A stretch of 64,000 nt of DNA from Podarcis cretensis (lineage: Eukaryota), in assembly GCA_951804945.1 (NCBI GenBank), contig OX638158.1, forward strand, positions 28,334,001 through 28,398,000. The letters run 5' to 3'. Position 1 is the first letter of the stretch; every line of letters begins with the position of its first letter. The notes beneath the pieces were generated by a model. It did no database searches and was not told where the DNA came from. It was given only the letters and a program-made list of their open reading frames with translations. The position numbers and the translations under genes were made by a program. Shown here in pieces: positions 60,344 through 64,000 of the stretch.

Positions 60344-63300
60344 TGAAGAAGCTTGACGGAGAAAAATAAATAGGAGCCAAGAATGAAGGAGTGTAGTAAA
60401 CCTTGTCATTGAAGGACCCCGATGCCCTTTTATAGGGCACTAACATAGTCACAGTCTATGACATCAGAAGCCCAATTGGGTTATGAGGGCTACTGGTGTG
60501 GCATAAGTCTTTATTTTAAAAAGGAGGCAAGGAGAAGGTTTGAACTTGACAACAAAAGGCAGAATGGTAAAATAAATTTAAAGTTTGCAACTGGAAAAGG
60601 AACAAAAATAGATAATGGAGTTAACAATGGAAGTATTTATTAATTATTTCTGAAAAGTTAAAGCCCAAGGAAATAAATTAACACCCAAATGCAGTACTGT
60701 AATGCAATGGAAGAATTTTGAGTCTTCTGCTTCTTTGACTTGAGCGGCATGTTTTTTTCTTTTGCAAGGTGTGGGCTATCATAAATATGCTTTATTTTAG
60801 TAAAGATAATTAAGGCAAAGGAGAGGAGTGACCAATGAGCAAAGACAATGAAAAGAGTGAAGGAGGGAGCATGTTGCTAAATATTAACCACAGTGACTTT
60901 ATTTTTTGTTTAAAAAAAAATGACGAAAAACCACAGGAGCAGAACAGCTTGCAAAAGTTACAACATTGTATTGGTAAAGGGTTCTCTACTGAAATGGATT
61001 GGCTAAGTAGATGGAATTTGCAATGAAGGGTATTGCTAAAAGTTCAGATTCAGTGTCATATAAGCAGGTCCATGAAGCTGAAGCAAAAAAGCAGTGGTTG
61101 AAAGTCCATGTGAAGACAGCTGTATCAACAGAAGGCTTTGAGGGGGCTTCTGGGATGATAACGCTACAAATAATGCACTCCTGTGTTTACTGCTTCCCAT
61201 CCAACATGGTACTCCAATGAGACATATACTCACCTTACAGTTTATACTTACAATGACCTTTCACACTCGCTTTGTTCCAGTCACGTGGCCTGAAAACTCC
61301 TCAGGAGCAAACATTGCACAACAAATTATTTCAGTTGAAAGAGAGGTTGCCTTTAACCCATCTACTTGTCACACTCCTGGCATATGTATCAGCAGACAAT
61401 GCTTTTTTACAGAGTTGATCTTAGGTGGCTATCTGGAGCAGCACTTTGTAGGAGGCAGCCTGCCTGCTGCAGCAGTGACTGCTGCCCTATACAAGGCTGC
61501 AGAGATGTTATCTAAGCCTAGGACAAATCATAATTTTGGGAACATGAGGATGAACGAGGCTCTGCTGAGGTGCAGCTATTCATGTATTGTCCTTCTGCAC
61601 CTGCTCCCAGTAGATAGCATAGCTTATCTAAGTACATGGAATATCAGCAATGTTTAAGTTCATGAATACCCCTCAATGATGACTCACTAGACAGGCAAAG
61701 CTTGCAGTGGGTACTGGCAGCGCCTGATTTAGGGTGGTACAGGTGATTCCTCAGCACAGGACACTGAGCCGAAGGCACGCAATATAATAAGGAATCATTG
61801 TGAAAATAAGAAATATGTTGGGGGAGTATCAAATGTTGTCCTTGCTCAGGGCACCATATTACTAAAGTCTGCCCCTGGTACTGGGACTCTGAATTGTTCC
61901 TGGTTCCAATTTGCAGCCCTCAAGCAAGGAAGCACAGCAGCTTACGCACAAGGAATTCTGGGGATAGGTTTTCTGTTAGCTACTGTCCGGAAGGTCAAAG
62001 GGGAACATTAGACAAGTGCAATCTTCTTTGTCCACTAACCTTAGGCAATATGCACCAAAACATGTGGGACCCTTAGCTTTGTTGGGCTTCAGGGGAGTCT
62101 CTCTCTCCCCCCCCCGCCCTTGCCTCTCCCCCTCTCTGCACCGCTGGCTGTGCATACATCTCTGCTGCTGGGGGAAAGCTAGGGATAAAAGGAGGGGCAG
62201 AAGTTGTGATGCAAGGAGGAATCAGAATGAGCATGAGACCCTGGTAGCTGCAGGAATTGAAGTTTCTAGTAGATCTGGCATTGACTTGAGAGAGCCATAG
62301 CAGGTCAGCAAGATTCAACTGCTGGCACTCACTGAGAGATGAGGGGGTGGTCTACAAGCCTGCAATATAAAGGAAGTCACTGTCTGACAATCTGTGGGTA
62401 CAAAGGAGGCTCTGCCAAATCCCAACTACTGATCTAGAAAAAGGAAAGCTAGCAGTCTTATGTTTGTTGGGTTCCATTGGTGAGGGTAAGGTACTTAAAT
62501 AGCAGCATATAAATACTTGCAATAAATAAATAAACATGCCACTCTTTTCTGACTTTCATTTGTCCCAAGACTGGAGAAGCAATAGGAAAGGGTGCTCTAG
62601 CCCCATCCACCAGCCAAAGGAGAAAAGAGCTGCCAGCCACTATGCAAGCAAGGACACCAGCGGAGCAAGGGAAGAGCAGCCTGGCAACAACTGGATATAA
62701 ATGCCCACTTATAGCTCACCACTTTATTCTGACCTTGAAATATGAACTCCCTCCTCTACCTCCCCCCCCCCTTCCACTTCTCTTCCCTTGACTTAGTTTG
62801 TAAATGTGATGACAGGGACTGCCTCTCATTTTTTTAAAGCTGCTTCGGAAGGTAACATTTTGCCTGAAATGTGGGATAAAATCTAAATAGACAAATAAAC
62901 AATAGAATGAAATTAATGCTGTGGGGAAATTATACTAACAAAATGGATCCCACCTAAGCCTTAAGCATTTCTGGGGCAACTGCAGTTGGTGGCAGGAAGG
63001 TCTCTATAGCTATTACTGCATCCACTGGGTTATTGTAGGGTATGGTTGCTAAATGACAAACAAAGGTTCCAAGACCATCACATTCCACATTTAACACATT
63101 GACAGATAACAATTCAAAGCACTTTCGCCATCTGATGAGCTACTCAATAGATTCTGAACATGAGGATTACCATAGTAACTAGCTCAGGCTCAGTTGGGGG
63201 GGGGGCTGAATGCTTGTGGTTTACCTCAGCTTATACTCCCACTTCCTTTTCCTCTGAGCCTTGCCCTGTTGCGCTGACATTTTTTGAGCTGGTTTCAACA

Positions 63301-64000
63301 TTACTGTCAAAGCTAGCAATAATTGAGATAGCTCACCATGCTTTTTACCAAAGGCATCGCTACTAATTAATTAGTAGAAATAGTAGCCTTTGCTACTCTG
63401 TTTTTGCCAGGTACAAACCAGCTGTCCATATATAAACAGCTGTGCTCATGGCACATGTCCTTTACCTTAAGAGTGAATTACTAAATCTACCATAAATGTA
63501 ACTACAAACAAAGTCAGATCAGCTGATGGATGACAGCCATTTGTGTCCTGTTTTGGGAGGGGAAGCAGATCCAAGGTGAAATTATCTGCTCTGCAAAGGC
63601 ATTTCTCGCTTCAACTGTTCTCTGTTTATAACACACTGTAGACTGGATTGTGTGACCTGGCATTGGAGGCGGGGAGCAGGAAATCCTTTTGTTTCTTAAG
63701 AAACGTATACACCAACATTTCGCCAAAAGGCCACAGGACAGCTTGCAACATAATAAAACAACATCATAACACAAGAACTTAAAAACGGCAGTCTCAATAC
63801 AATTTATAATAAAAGCAGCAGTGTCAAACTATTCATAAATCACTCCAGTCACAGTTCCCCTCATCCAAAATCCTGTTGGAAGAGGTGAGTCTTCATCTGT
63901 TTCCTAAAAGAAAACAAAGGTGTTGCTAGGCACATCTCGATGGGGAGTGTTCCACAGGCACTCCTCACTTGTCATCTTCCATAGTTTGAGGCAGTATACT

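Noticed and set aside
57000-64000. Possible neighbouring gene upstream of MYH9 (e.g. 146-aa ORF at 61217-61657)
   Set aside because: No recognisable protein similarity or consistent exon chain; it reads as intergenic DNA with decayed repeats.

Overview
Vertebrate genomic DNA, almost certainly from a squamate (Sauria SINEs, BovB, CR1-tailed tRNA SINEs; a lacertid lizard is plausible but not provable here). The window holds the 5' part of MYH9 (non-muscle myosin IIA heavy chain) on the minus strand. A CpG-island promoter and candidate non-coding exon 1 lie at ~55.5-56.9 kb, followed by a ~20.6 kb intron 1 and coding exons 2-17 (35625 down to 1413). These exons splice in frame with canonical sites into 2159 nt of motor-domain CDS; the gene continues beyond base 1. 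Notable points: (i) an in-frame 63-nt loop-2 cassette exon resembling the MYH10 B2 insert; (ii) a U12-type intron 7; (iii) candidate PTC-introducing microexons in the loop-1 intron; (iv) a young 760-bp solo LTR inserted 17 nt from the exon 17 acceptor, whose terminus appears to supply a replacement branch point and whose U3 carries a ~210-codon frame ending in an Arg-rich motif; (v) a nested inverted SINE arrangement and a near-perfect 23-bp intronic hairpin. Most remaining ORFs in the track are intronic noise or repeat-derived. No prokaryotic-type system is present, and nothing coding was recognisable at 57-64 kb. Repeat family names and comparisons to human sequences come from pattern recognition and memory, not from a database search.
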